Source: Giardia intestinalis (taxonomy: Eukaryota). From it: DNA of 64,000 nt. Positions 48,425 to 58,566 of this stretch are shown in pieces (position 1 is the first letter of the stretch; each line of letters starts with the position of its first letter). Both the position numbers and the translations under genes were made by a program. The stretch is taken from NCBI GenBank assembly GCA_000002435.2, contig CM018792.1. One strand, 5' to 3'. Below the pieces are notes generated by a model, which worked only from the letters and a program-made list of their open reading frames with translations, was not told the origin of the DNA and did no database searches.

Positions 48425-50452
48425 TCAAAGAGCAGAGTCGGCGGACCCCTCGGGCAGCAGACTGTCTGCACTCCCGCGATCGTACTTCATTGCCCGGGTC
48501 CTTCTACGCACCCCCTTGCGGACCAGGACCTTCACGATGAACGGTATTGCCGCGCAGACGCCTATGAGGAGCAGGACCAGAATCACGATCGCTGCTGTTA
48601 CTCCGGGCTTGAGGCCAGACTTGTTCAAAAGGCCACTGCAGTGCAGGCCATAGGCTGTGCTTAGACTGACAGTTTCTCCCGAGGCACATCGCGTGCATCC
48701 AACTCGGCCATTATTTGAGAACTGTTTGCACATAGAGCATCCAGAGGGGCACTCAAGACACTTACTGTTGTCATAACTGAAGTAGAAACCATCGGCACAA
48801 ACTCCGAACGCACAAATATCTGCAAAGTAACAGCCTCTAATGCATTCCTTTTGGCACGGAATACAGGTAGGATTAGCGCCTTCTGAAAATCCGTAGCCCT
48901 TGATACAAGTATTACATTTATCCTGTCCTTTAACATATTCCATGCAATTTTGGACAGAGCCTTTGGTACAAGTTGTGCTGTCTGTTGACAAGTAGTATCC
49001 ATTATTGCATGTAGAACACTCTTCACGTTTAAACAGACATCTGCTGCAATTTTCAACCTGGCACTTATCGATTTGTTTTTTAGTTGCGTCATAAAAGTAT
49101 CCTTCAACGGCACGCATACACTGGGATACGTCGGGGCCGCTACAGGACTCACACTTATCGGCACAGGAAGCACAAATTCCACTAGATACATAGTATCCAG
49201 CAACGCACTTAATGCAGGTGGGATCTGTCTCATCGCCTGCAAGTATACAATTAGGAATTACGTCGCCAACAGGAATGCAAATACCATCCTTTAACGCCAT
49301 ATCATTACGGCATGTTTTACAGTTACTACCTGGACCATCGCAGGTATAACAAACGGAGTCACAGGCCACGCATATATTGTCAGACAAGTAGAAGCCGTCC
49401 TGACACTTTGTGCAGTTGTATCGTTCGCTGCACGTATCACATCCCAGTATACTCAGTTCACAGCGTATGCAGGCCCCATTTTCTTGAAATTCATCTTCAG
49501 CACATGGGTCTGGTTCAGATGTAGCACATAGTACGCCGTATATCTTTGGACCAGTCCTAGCTGCTGTTGTTACTTTACATTTTTCACATACAGCTTCTCC
49601 GTGTCCAAGATCGTAGTAACATGAAAAACATCCATCTGGACATGGTAAGCAGTACTGCGAATAGGGGTTAAACATAGACCCTGGCATACAGGCGCCACTA
49701 GTACAGCGGTATGGCGCGGGAGTATTACCATTCATGCAGAACAAGCAATTTGTGGCACAAGGAAGACAAGCAGCTCCGCTGAGGACATAGCCTTCTTTAC
49801 AGCCTGTACACGTGTCCTTAGGCTCACATTCATTGCAATTTTGGACAGTGCACTTAATGCAACTCCCATTTTTGTTACTACTTTTATCTAAACCGTATCC
49901 ATTCACGCATTCATCACATGTATCCTTAGATGTGTTACATATTTTGCAGTTAGTATCTACGCAGCGAGTAATCTCTCCAGTGGTTTTATTTAAATAGTAC
50001 CCAGAAGAGGGCTCCTCACACTCAGTTTCATTCTTGCAGCTGTAACAGTTATCTTTGCATTTAGTGCATGTAAAGGTCTTTGCATTAAAGAAGTATCCAG
50101 CGTGGCACTGTATGCACTTGTTGGTGTCATGTGCGCACCTGATGCACCCCTCATAGACCTCACCGGGCTCATCGCAGACCCCAATTGCATTCCTGCAGTG
50201 ATTCCCGCTGCACTCCAAGCAGCTGTTCGGATTATTGCACGTCTTGCATGTGTGGTCGCACGGCTTGCAATAGCCATAGTCGAGATAGTACCCCGCTTTG
50301 CACTCAGTGCAGGCTCCTGGCCCCCGACACGAGAGGCACCAGAGCATGCTGTCATCGCACTTAACGCACATGTTGCCGAGAGCATAGTGGTCTCGGGGGC
50401 AGTTGATAGCTAATGTTCCAATAAGAAGAGCGATTAGAGTAAGAAGTTGCAT
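48425..50452 (-). CDS. high-cysteine membrane protein (HCMP, EGF/furin-like CxxC repeats), type I
   Basis: ATG at 50452 after an AT-rich initiator. Signal peptide MQLLTLIALLIGTLA. About 12% Cys with repeated CxxC...GYY/GYF units. C-terminal TM helix AAIVILVLLLIGVCAAIPFIV and basic tail. No CRGKA terminus, so HCMP rather than canonical VSP. Confidence 0.8.
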   Translation of the reverse strand: MQLLTLIALLIGTLAINCPRDHYALGNMCVKCDDSMLWCLSCRGPGACTECKAGYYLDYGYCKPCDHTCKTCNNPNSCLECSGNHCRNAIGVCDEPGEVYEGCIRCAHDTNKCIQCHAGYFFNAKTFTCTKCKDNCYSCKNETECEEPSSGYYLNKTTGEITRCVDTNCKICNTSKDTCDECVNGYGLDKSSNKNGSCIKCTVQNCNECEPKDTCTGCKEGYVLSGAACLPCATNCLFCMNGNTPAPYRCTSGACMPGSMFNPYSQYCLPCPDGCFSCYYDLGHGEAVCEKCKVTTAARTGPKIYGVLCATSEPDPCAEDEFQENGACIRCELSILGCDTCSERYNCTKCQDGFYLSDNICVACDSVCYTCDGPGSNCKTCRNDMALKDGICIPVGDVIPNCILAGDETDPTCIKCVAGYYVSSGICASCADKCESCSGPDVSQCMRAVEGYFYDATKKQIDKCQVENCSRCLFKREECSTCNNGYYLSTDSTTCTKGSVQNCMEYVKGQDKCNTCIKGYGFSEGANPTCIPCQKECIRGCYFADICAFGVCADGFYFSYDNSKCLECPSGCSMCKQFSNNGRVGCTRCASGETVSLSTAYGLHCSGLLNKSGLKPGVTAAIVILVLLLIGVCAAIPFIVKVLVRKGVRRRTRAMKYDRGSADSLLPEGSADSAL

Positions 50453-50961
50453 TTTAGATTCTATACATTTTTCGTGTGCATGGTGAAAAAGCGCAATAGC
50501 CTGTAACGTTATTAGCGTCCTGCCCTTAAGTAACTATTAGGTACATTTCAAAATGATCTGTGTTATTTTTAACATTAGTTTGTACTTAAGGTGCCTGTGG
50601 TATACACCCTTTGGAAGTCGTAACCTTTGTGTACAAGCTTCTCGGGCTTCCAACTATAGATTGTGACGATAACTATATGTAGTAAAATATTATTTAACAA
50701 TTCAACTGAATAACAAGTGAATTTAAGGCTGTAATCATGACAGAAAGCAACGTAGGTATGTCTTCAGAAAATGGTTGCGCTTCTACTTAGCCTGACTCTT
50801 TCGCATGATGCATGTTGCTCTAACACAATAACCACGTTTGGCTGTGTTTCACTCGCCTCAACCCGATCTATATTGCTAACGTACTAATTGCAACATTCTA
50901 TGTATGGACAAGAGCCGCTTTGTCCTATCGACAAGAGGTGCTTTCCATAAAAATAATTGCA

Positions 50962-53900
50962 ATGGGTTGGAGCCCTACTTCAACGGCCATTGCTAACACT
51001 GAAAAGCTAATCAATTTAGCATCATGTATGACGAACGAAGCAAATAAAGAGGCAAATGACCTTATGGCAAGGCTCGTCGAGACAGAGGTAGATCTTCCTT
51101 GCTTACTTTTAGAAGCTTTTCTCTCCGATGGACCCTACAGTACATACGCCGGCGCGCTCTTTAAAGCGTGCATTCGTCAGTCGTATAGCTATATTATATC
51201 GCAAGGGCGGCAGGATATTGCGTCCTATCTCTTTCTGCGATTAGTAGACAGCCTGCAATCTAGTTCATCTAGAGCATATAATTCACAGTCAATTCTCGCG
51301 AATATGATAAGTGCATTAGTTTGTCATGAACGTGTGGGATTCATTTGGCCGGAACTAGAGCAGGCACTGATAGAGGCAGTGACTTCCATGCAAGCCACAT
51401 ACGTGTCATCTCTCTCTTGCAAGAATCTCAATCCTAAATCTCTCGCTCCATTTATGTGTACTTCTTTGCTGATACAGAATATTACCGACGATTCCATTAA
51501 GATTCTTAAGGACTGCAAAGGTTTGTCGGCTGCCATTGAGATGATGGTTTCGACGGTATTAACCGATACTGTTACCACTTTTTTAGTTACTAAAGTCTCT
51601 ATAGATGCAAATCCCCTCATGTTTGCTGCTTTCAGTCCAGTGTTACGGTTTTATAAGGGTGTTTTGACAGAGCCTATCTCTCCCCAGTTTAGTGATGACA
51701 CTGCGCTCATTTCGCGAGTCTTCATCCTCATAGAGCGCCTCTGTCCGTTAGCCATTCATTCAGATTGGGATCTTCTCCAGGCTGCACTCGAAGTTGTTAT
51801 CCGAAGCATTACCGTGACGCCAGAACTGTACTATCAGAATACGGACTTCTTCTCTAATGTTCTGGAACTTCTAATATATATGACCAAAGAGCTTTACGAG
51901 CTAGAGAACGTTGGAGAGAAACTTGAGGCACAAGTACAGTATCTTGGGGTTAAGCTCCGCGGCGAAGGGACAGGTGTGGCGCGGCTAGTAATGGAGGTGT
52001 GGCACCTTTTCGTTAGCGATTCCAATTTTTATTCTGTTCTGCGTAATCACATTACCCTTCATCTGATAGATCCCCTGCTTGCTGCGTGCATTCTTCAAGA
52101 AGATGAGCTTCTCTTTTTAAAATCTTCAGCTGCAGTGGCTACAAGAGACATAGGACAAATTTCAGATCTACTAGGACCGTGGACTAATCGTAAACACGCC
52201 TTGCTCCTCTTAGACATACTCTGTGGAATACGAAGGGATTGTACTGACCTAGTTATACAGGGATGCACCCGAATGCTGTCATCATGTGACATATCCATCA
52301 TCGAAGCGGCCATAACGATTCTTGCATATGTTTCGTCTCATGTCAAGAAGGAAGCCATTACTACCATTTTAATACAGATCAAAGCTACAGTCCTGGACAC
52401 GTTCTATACGGATTATCCTGAGCCTTTTCTACTCGACCATTCTACGGGGAGCGTATCATTTAATCAGCAGTTCTCTGTAGCCATGGAGGCTTCGTATCGC
52501 TCTTTCAGCGCTACTGAAAACCATAGCCAGCTTTTAGGTGCCCCAGCAAGAGGGGAGAGGGTCTCTCTATTTCTGTCTATCATAGTTTCTCATAGTGTAT
52601 ACACCATTTCAAAATACATCGAATTGTTTGACAGCTCCTCAATTACATGTATCCTAGCATCTTTTCTTAAGGTCCTTGTGTTCTCTTCAGACATCAGAAC
52701 AAGGTACTATGCGATCGGAGCCATTGGGACAATAATTGATATCGCACTTGTATCTTCTGATAGCTCTGCTGCCGATTCAGCTCAATTTGTACCGTCAGGA
52801 GAAGCTATTACAGTGTCCTATATAGATCGAATTGTCTACGAGGGTGTTCTGAATATAGTGTGTGGGCTTCTACTACTGGACGTACGAGCAAACAGAGTTG
52901 TTCCCACAGAGCTTAACTTTCTAATTGATGTAGTGATCTCCTGCTTGATGGCCGATTCCGGAAAAGAAACGTCCATAGTTATGGCAGGCGTGGCAGAGTA
53001 TGACATATCAGGACTTGGACGCTCTTCTCTATGCACAACCTCTGTCATGGAGGCTTTAGCTGAGGTCTTTTCTACGTTACTTCCTTCCTATCTTCCTCAC
53101 GTTGTTCGCGCAATAACCACCTTGTCTGATAGTAACGACTCTGATGAGCGCATATGCTTGGCATTTAGTAATCTGAATGATGCCATATCATCACTGCTTG
53201 GGGACTTGATCCATCCAGGTATTGGGCCTCAGACAGAGAAGCTGCAAAAGACCATACATTCTCACCTCATTCCTACCTACATTGACAGCGTAATCAGAGG
53301 ACTTATGCTTTGCATGGATCAGGTGGAAAATCCAATTCTTTGGCCCGACGTGTCACTGATGGAAAGTCTTATTTCGTTTATCAATGATGCTTTATTGACT
53401 GGAAATAGCACGGCTATGATGATTCTAAATTACAACAATCAGTCACTTGTTCCTGCACTCATTCAAACTGCTGCTATTTTTGTAGGCACAACTCTGCAAG
53501 CGGAGATGTTCGGGATATTGGGAGAAATTGTCAGGGAATATCCAGAGCATATTTTCGTGCACCGTGAATATTCATCTGCGTTACTAGATTGTTTGTTTAA
53601 TGTGATTCAGAGCCCTTTTGAACCGAAAGCGCAGAACAACGCGACTTGGTTATTTAGCACACTTATTGCAAGCCCACAACTGAGTGTATCCATTGGTGTA
53701 CACGCATATATGACTCTTTACTGTGGCACAGCATCTGGAGACCTAGGGTCGTATTTAGCAGCACTGCCTCAGTACTGTGAAACACCAAAAGAGATACTGA
53801 TACTTTCAGACACTGCACAACTATCTGGTGAGCATTTCCAAAATTACGCGCAGCTCCTTCTCGAACTGATTCAAGAAGAGCGAGCAACAAAAGATGTTTT

Positions 53901-54270
53901 GATCAATGCATCTGTTGCTTTGCTGAAATGGGTGCGAATCTATCTACTTATGGGACGAGTGGTTCCTTTTCTGGACTGTCGCCTTTTACAGATGGTTGCT
54001 GAAAATCTGGATATAATAGTCCTTCAGGTGTGCAGAAGCGATGACGTGGATGACCGAGATTGCTGCTTTATAGCTATTCTTATGGTTGCGCTTTGTATGC
54101 CAGATGTAGCTGCTGAGGCTAGCACGGAGATATGCTGTTCTTTGATGGAAACCGTAAAGATGTGCCCTATAAACAACGAGGAATTTGATGCCCTTTTGAA
54201 CGACGTTTTGCGAGCCAATATAATAGTTGGGCTAAACAGGGATGCTCTAGATAAGTGCATTAATTCATAG
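50962..54270 (+). CDS. hypothetical large helical-repeat (HEAT/ARM-like) protein
   Basis: Track start 50920 is TTG. The first ATG is at 50962, preceded by aaaaataattgca. All-alpha repeat character. Function unassigned. Confidence 0.5.
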   Translation: MGWSPTSTAIANTEKLINLASCMTNEANKEANDLMARLVETEVDLPCLLLEAFLSDGPYSTYAGALFKACIRQSYSYIISQGRQDIASYLFLRLVDSLQSSSSRAYNSQSILANMISALVCHERVGFIWPELEQALIEAVTSMQATYVSSLSCKNLNPKSLAPFMCTSLLIQNITDDSIKILKDCKGLSAAIEMMVSTVLTDTVTTFLVTKVSIDANPLMFAAFSPVLRFYKGVLTEPISPQFSDDTALISRVFILIERLCPLAIHSDWDLLQAALEVVIRSITVTPELYYQNTDFFSNVLELLIYMTKELYELENVGEKLEAQVQYLGVKLRGEGTGVARLVMEVWHLFVSDSNFYSVLRNHITLHLIDPLLAACILQEDELLFLKSSAAVATRDIGQISDLLGPWTNRKHALLLLDILCGIRRDCTDLVIQGCTRMLSSCDISIIEAAITILAYVSSHVKKEAITTILIQIKATVLDTFYTDYPEPFLLDHSTGSVSFNQQFSVAMEASYRSFSATENHSQLLGAPARGERVSLFLSIIVSHSVYTISKYIELFDSSSITCILASFLKVLVFSSDIRTRYYAIGAIGTIIDIALVSSDSSAADSAQFVPSGEAITVSYIDRIVYEGVLNIVCGLLLLDVRANRVVPTELNFLIDVVISCLMADSGKETSIVMAGVAEYDISGLGRSSLCTTSVMEALAEVFSTLLPSYLPHVVRAITTLSDSNDSDERICLAFSNLNDAISSLLGDLIHPGIGPQTEKLQKTIHSHLIPTYIDSVIRGLMLCMDQVENPILWPDVSLMESLISFINDALLTGNSTAMMILNYNNQSLVPALIQTAAIFVGTTLQAEMFGILGEIVREYPEHIFVHREYSSALLDCLFNVIQSPFEPKAQNNATWLFSTLIASPQLSVSIGVHAYMTLYCGTASGDLGSYLAALPQYCETPKEILILSDTAQLSGEHFQNYAQLLLELIQEERATKDVLINASVALLKWVRIYLLMGRVVPFLDCRLLQMVAENLDIIVLQVCRSDDVDDRDCCFIAILMVALCMPDVAAEASTEICCSLMETVKMCPINNEEFDALLNDVLRANIIVGLNRDALDKCINS

Positions 54271-54275
54271 GTGTG

Positions 54276-55232
54276 CTATCGCCTAATTTTACGTTTTGCT
54301 TTTCGACCTCTGGGGGTAATTATTTCGCTTAAAGTTAGCTGCTTCTCCCCGTTCTCTTTGGGATATCTAATTTTCAACTTGTCAGCGTCTAGGCTAGTTG
54401 TATTAGTCTCCTCCCTCTCTGCCATCAACACATTATTGTTAAGTAAATAGTTACTGAGTGTTTCTAGGGAAACGTTGATCTTACACTTCTTCATATGCTC
54501 GAGCATTTTGTACTTGTTCACTGGGACAAAGGTCAGAATCAACAGGTACCAGGGAGACGCCTTGATCCAATCGGTAATTGTCTCCTCCAGCGTTTGACGG
54601 CGTGCCGGGGACATCAGCTGGAACTGAGTCAAATGGATATTTGGAAGCCACCCATGAGTATCATGCTCTCTACGCAAAGTCTGTATGGCCTGCTCTCGTG
54701 TAAAGTACTTCTTTCCCAGCTGCTTTAGGCTCTGACGGAGCTGAAAGATGGTGTATGACTCAAAATCCGTAAGGGGGTTAGAAGCAGGTGTGCTAGGCAG
54801 CGCAAGGTTGCAGGGCTGCAGCCTCTCCATTAGAGACAGTCGTCGATGCTCGGGCGTTTGAGGAGGGCGACTAGGCTCTGTGAGCTGGGCAGAGCAGTCG
54901 ACTGTAGGGTGAGTTCTATCTAGAAGTCTCACCAGCTCAGTGGTCTCAGGAGTGCCACCTAAGATTGGCACTGCAATAGGTGTACTTTGGCGAACTGTAC
55001 TAGAGTCCCTTGGACAAGGATTCTCTAGGGGTGAGCACGGCTGAAGAAGTTCTTTGCTCTGTAAAGCCGTTGATTTTACAAATTGTAGATATGCTTTGCG
55101 AGCCAGAATTAAGGATGAAACTATAGAATCGATTCTGCGCAAAATGCACTCTGGCAAATGCTCAGAATCGCCTCCTTCTCCCGTGACATATCCAACAACA
55201 AGGAGACGCAGCGATGCATCATCAGGGGTCAT
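54276..55232 (-). CDS. hypothetical protein with basic C-terminal tail (GRKAKRKIRR)
   Basis: ATG at 55232 lies only 11 nt 3' of the Sec61 stop codon. No recognisable domain. Confidence 0.4.
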   Translation of the reverse strand: MTPDDASLRLLVVGYVTGEGGDSEHLPECILRRIDSIVSSLILARKAYLQFVKSTALQSKELLQPCSPLENPCPRDSSTVRQSTPIAVPILGGTPETTELVRLLDRTHPTVDCSAQLTEPSRPPQTPEHRRLSLMERLQPCNLALPSTPASNPLTDFESYTIFQLRQSLKQLGKKYFTREQAIQTLRREHDTHGWLPNIHLTQFQLMSPARRQTLEETITDWIKASPWYLLILTFVPVNKYKMLEHMKKCKINVSLETLSNYLLNNNVLMAEREETNTTSLDADKLKIRYPKENGEKQLTLSEIITPRGRKAKRKIRR

Positions 55233-55243
55233 TTTTATCGAGT

Positions 55244-56662
55244 TTACATAGAAAGCTGGATACCTTCTTTAGCGAACTCCTCGTACATCTTTACGAGAGT
55301 CGTTGCTGCAAGTAAAATGCCCGTGCCAGACCCAATAGCACCAAAGATGTCCGCACAGAACCCAACAAACCCGAGTATAAGACCGCCTGCGAGGGCTGCA
55401 GTTGGAATGTATCTATTCAGCTCGCGCTGAAGAGCCCCCTTAGTCATATAACCAGGCATGCACCAGCCATTGGTCTCGAGCATCTCTGCGACCTCTTTAG
55501 CGCCTTCACCAGAGAACTCTACCCAGACACGTGAGATAAGCCCAGAGAGAGCGACTAAGGTCACCGCGTGGAGAATGGTATGAATAGGGTGAAAGAGTGC
55601 ACTTCGAAGAGAGTACGGAGAGGCAAGAATCCATGCAAGACCACCTGTTGGAAAGGCCTGACCAGGACGCGACTCGACCTCCGCCCAAGTACCTAGCAGC
55701 GCAGTGAAAATAGAATTGCCAAAGCGACGCCAGATAGCCTGAGAAATCATAAAGACGTTAGACGTCAATGTTGATATAATCATCATGGGCGTCGAAGATG
55801 CATAAAGCAGTCTGATGGGATATTGTTGCTGAACGGATGGCCCTGCCTTTGCATGCTGAATCCGCAAATTACGCTTGATTCCCTGGAGATAGATAGCCAC
55901 AAGGAAAACTACAAGGGTTGCTATAATGTTCATCACATTTGTGAGACCATCCCGGAAGAAGGCCAGCTTGATCGCCTTGAGCTTATTTGGCTGGGTGAAC
56001 ATGTAATGGACAGCTGCCAGGACAGCACCCTCAAATTCCTTTCCATTGCCACGGTCGATGCGGAAGAAGGAGAACGACTTCCAGATGATGTTCTCGCAGA
56101 CATTGGCAGTGGTAAATAAAGAAATACCAGAGCCTATGCCCCATCCATTTTCAAGCATTTCATCCAAGACCTGAACCAGTATAGATGAGATAGTCAGCTG
56201 AGCAATAATGGCCACTGCACTGAACAGGCCTATTTGCGAGATAGACCCGTAAATACCAGCGAGCACATAAAGAACGGCCTGGAAGAAGGTGAAAATAAAT
56301 CCAATAAGATTTTGGACACGATTAAAAACTTGGCTCTCTACTTCGTTGTTCTTGTCAAAGGGCAGTACCTTGGATGAGATAAGTATCTTGAGGAAAAAGC
56401 TCGAAGTGATCGTAGGACCAATACCCAACTCCATGAGGCTTCCTCGCTGGCCCGCAAATATAGAACGCAGCCAGAACAAAGGATCCTTACGGATTGAGGA
56501 GTGCAGACCGTAAAGCGGCACCTGAGAAGCCGTGAGGTAGACAATTAAGGCCAGAAAGGTATAAAGCCCTTTTGTAGTGAAGCGCACCGTTTTCGGAGCC
56601 TTCTCAACACTAGGTAGCATCCTTGCCCACGGATCCAGCACCTTTAACCACGTTGCAACCAT
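55244..56662 (-). CDS. SEC61: Sec61 alpha / SecY protein-translocation channel subunit
   Basis: MVATWLKVLDPWARMLPSVEKAPKTVRFTTKGLYT...LMELGIGPTITSSFF aligns residue-for-residue with metazoan Sec61a [35 protein letters not shown]...LMELGISPIVTSGL. I therefore place the start at the ATG at 56662, not the upstream ATG at 56716 used by the track. Confidence 0.85.
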   Translation of the reverse strand: MVATWLKVLDPWARMLPSVEKAPKTVRFTTKGLYTFLALIVYLTASQVPLYGLHSSIRKDPLFWLRSIFAGQRGSLMELGIGPTITSSFFLKILISSKVLPFDKNNEVESQVFNRVQNLIGFIFTFFQAVLYVLAGIYGSISQIGLFSAVAIIAQLTISSILVQVLDEMLENGWGIGSGISLFTTANVCENIIWKSFSFFRIDRGNGKEFEGAVLAAVHYMFTQPNKLKAIKLAFFRDGLTNVMNIIATLVVFLVAIYLQGIKRNLRIQHAKAGPSVQQQYPIRLLYASSTPMMIISTLTSNVFMISQAIWRRFGNSIFTALLGTWAEVESRPGQAFPTGGLAWILASPYSLRSALFHPIHTILHAVTLVALSGLISRVWVEFSGEGAKEVAEMLETNGWCMPGYMTKGALQRELNRYIPTAALAGGLILGFVGFCADIFGAIGSGTGILLAATTLVKMYEEFAKEGIQLSM

Positions 56663-56880
56663 CCTTGCTCCACGCCCTCTGGTCTTTCTTTTTTGACTTT
56701 TAACAAACTGTAACATGTCAAAGTCTTAAGTTGACCAATGGAGATGCAATAAAAACAGTACCAAAGCTTAGACTAGGCGACCTGACTATTAACTGAGTAT
56801 GGATAGCAGATGCAAATCATTTTGTCTCATCGATAAGCCTCTGAAATAATAATTCCAATTCAAAATTAGAGTGACCAATC

Positions 56881-58509
56881 ATGCCTGAGGTGGTGGAAAA
56901 GGACAGTCATGGCATTGTGCGAGGCAAGCAGTGCAACACAGCACGTGATCAGTCGAAGCAACAGAAGCAGGCGATTCGTGGTGGCGACGTGACTTTCAGC
57001 TTAACTAAGACCCGTGACACTTTTGCTGATTGGTTTGATGCCATTATGGATGCTGCAGAGCTTGTTGATAGGCGCTACCCAGTTAAAGGCTGCGTTGTCT
57101 TTCGTCCTTATGGGTTTTTCATGGAGAATGCTATTATGAGGCTTTGCGAGGAGGAGTATGCTAAGGTAGGTATTAGCCAGATTCTCTTTCCTACTGTTAT
57201 TCCAGAAAGCTTTCTGAAGAAGGAAAGTGATCATATAAAGGGCTTCGAGGCAGAATGCTTCTGGGTCGAAAAAGGTGGACTCCAGCCGCTGGAAGAGCGC
57301 CTTGCTCTAAGGCCTACTTCTGAGACAGCCATATACTCTATGTTCTCCAAGTGGGTCCGTTCCTACAAAGATCTTCCTCTGAAAATTCATCAGACGTGTA
57401 CCATATTTCGCCATGAGACAAAAAACACAAAGCCCCTAATAAGAGTTAGAGAGATCCATTGGAACGAGGCACATTGTTGCCATGCAACAGCAGAAGATGC
57501 GGTGTCTCAACTTTCCGACTACTGGAAAGTTATCGACACCATTTTTAGCGACGAGCTCTGCTTCAAGGGGCAAAAGCTACGCCGCGTATGTTGGGATAGG
57601 TTTCCGGGTGCGGACTACAGTGAAGTCTCCGATGTCGTTATGCCGTGTGGGCGAGTGCTTCAAACAGCCGGCATCCACAATCTTGGGCAACGCTTCTCGT
57701 CTACCTTCGATATTCTGTATGCGAACAAGGCTAATGAAAGCGTGCATCCATACCTAACGTGTGCAGGTATATCCACTCGTGTGCTAGCGTGTGCCTTATC
57801 AATCCATGGGGACTCGGGAGGCTTGGTTCTTCCTCCCCTCATTGCCCCCATCCATGTAGTAATAATTCCAATTGGCTGTGGAAAGAAAAACAACCAAGAG
57901 TCCGATCAGCAGGTTTTGGGGAAGGTAAACGAAATCGCCGACACCCTGAAGTCAAAGCTTGGATTACGGGTTTCTATCGACGATGACTTCTCGAAGAGCA
58001 TGGGCGATAAATTGTACTATTATGAACTCAAGGGGGTGCCTCTTCGAATAGAAGTTGGACAGCGTGATTTGGCCAACGGTCAATGCATTGTTGTGCCCCG
58101 TGATGTAGGAAAGGACCAGAAAAGAGTAATTCCCATTACGGAGGTCATGAAGGTATCTTCTCATACCACCGAAAACCACGAGTTGGTTGTGAAAAATGTT
58201 ATCAAGGACGAGCTAGACGCCTACAAAGCCAGGCTTAAGGAAAAGGCATTTGCATTTCACAATTCCATGGTTACCAATTGCAAGAGTTTTGATGAGATAG
58301 TGGCTTGTATAGAAAACAAGGGAGGCCTGGCACGCTTTCCATTTTATACGACAGAGGCCGATGGTGAAGTGTGGGACAAGAAGCTAAAAGATGCGTGCTC
58401 TGCAGAAATTCGCGGGCACAATCCCGACGAGAATGTTCTCCCCGGCGAGGTCTGTGCCCTTTCAGGGAAACCTGCTGTTTGCTACATGTACTGTGCCAAG
58501 TCGTATTAA
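56881..58509 (+). CDS. prolyl-tRNA synthetase, archaeal/eukaryotic type (class II)
   Basis: ATG at 56881 after aattccaattcaaaattagagtgaccaatc. Motifs ALRPTSETAIY, FRHETKNTKPLIRVREIHWNEAHCCHAT, and a C-terminal Zn-binding domain ending in the family-typical terminal Tyr (...CYMYCAKSY). Confidence 0.85.
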   Translation: MPEVVEKDSHGIVRGKQCNTARDQSKQQKQAIRGGDVTFSLTKTRDTFADWFDAIMDAAELVDRRYPVKGCVVFRPYGFFMENAIMRLCEEEYAKVGISQILFPTVIPESFLKKESDHIKGFEAECFWVEKGGLQPLEERLALRPTSETAIYSMFSKWVRSYKDLPLKIHQTCTIFRHETKNTKPLIRVREIHWNEAHCCHATAEDAVSQLSDYWKVIDTIFSDELCFKGQKLRRVCWDRFPGADYSEVSDVVMPCGRVLQTAGIHNLGQRFSSTFDILYANKANESVHPYLTCAGISTRVLACALSIHGDSGGLVLPPLIAPIHVVIIPIGCGKKNNQESDQQVLGKVNEIADTLKSKLGLRVSIDDDFSKSMGDKLYYYELKGVPLRIEVGQRDLANGQCIVVPRDVGKDQKRVIPITEVMKVSSHTTENHELVVKNVIKDELDAYKARLKEKAFAFHNSMVTNCKSFDEIVACIENKGGLARFPFYTTEADGEVWDKKLKDACSAEIRGHNPDENVLPGEVCALSGKPAVCYMYCAKSY

Positions 58510-58525
58510 CGCCAGGATGTATAAA

Positions 58526-58532
58526 AGTAAAT
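58526..58532 (+). promoter_or_regulatory. AGTAAAT polyadenylation-signal-like element 17 nt after the ProRS stop
   Basis: Matches the diplomonad AGTRAAY consensus. Similar near-matches follow several other stops (tgtaaat after 1917 and after 48425). Confidence 0.4.
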
Positions 58533-58566
58533 CTTTAGGTACTCTATCCATTTTCATTTATCGACT

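Noticed and set aside
48661-50385. Alternative-frame ORFs (193 and 131 codons) inside the HCMP gene on the same strand
   Set aside because: The cysteine-codon-rich sequence (TGC/TGT repeats) depletes stops in the off-frames. The real frame has the signal peptide, CxxC periodicity and TM anchor.
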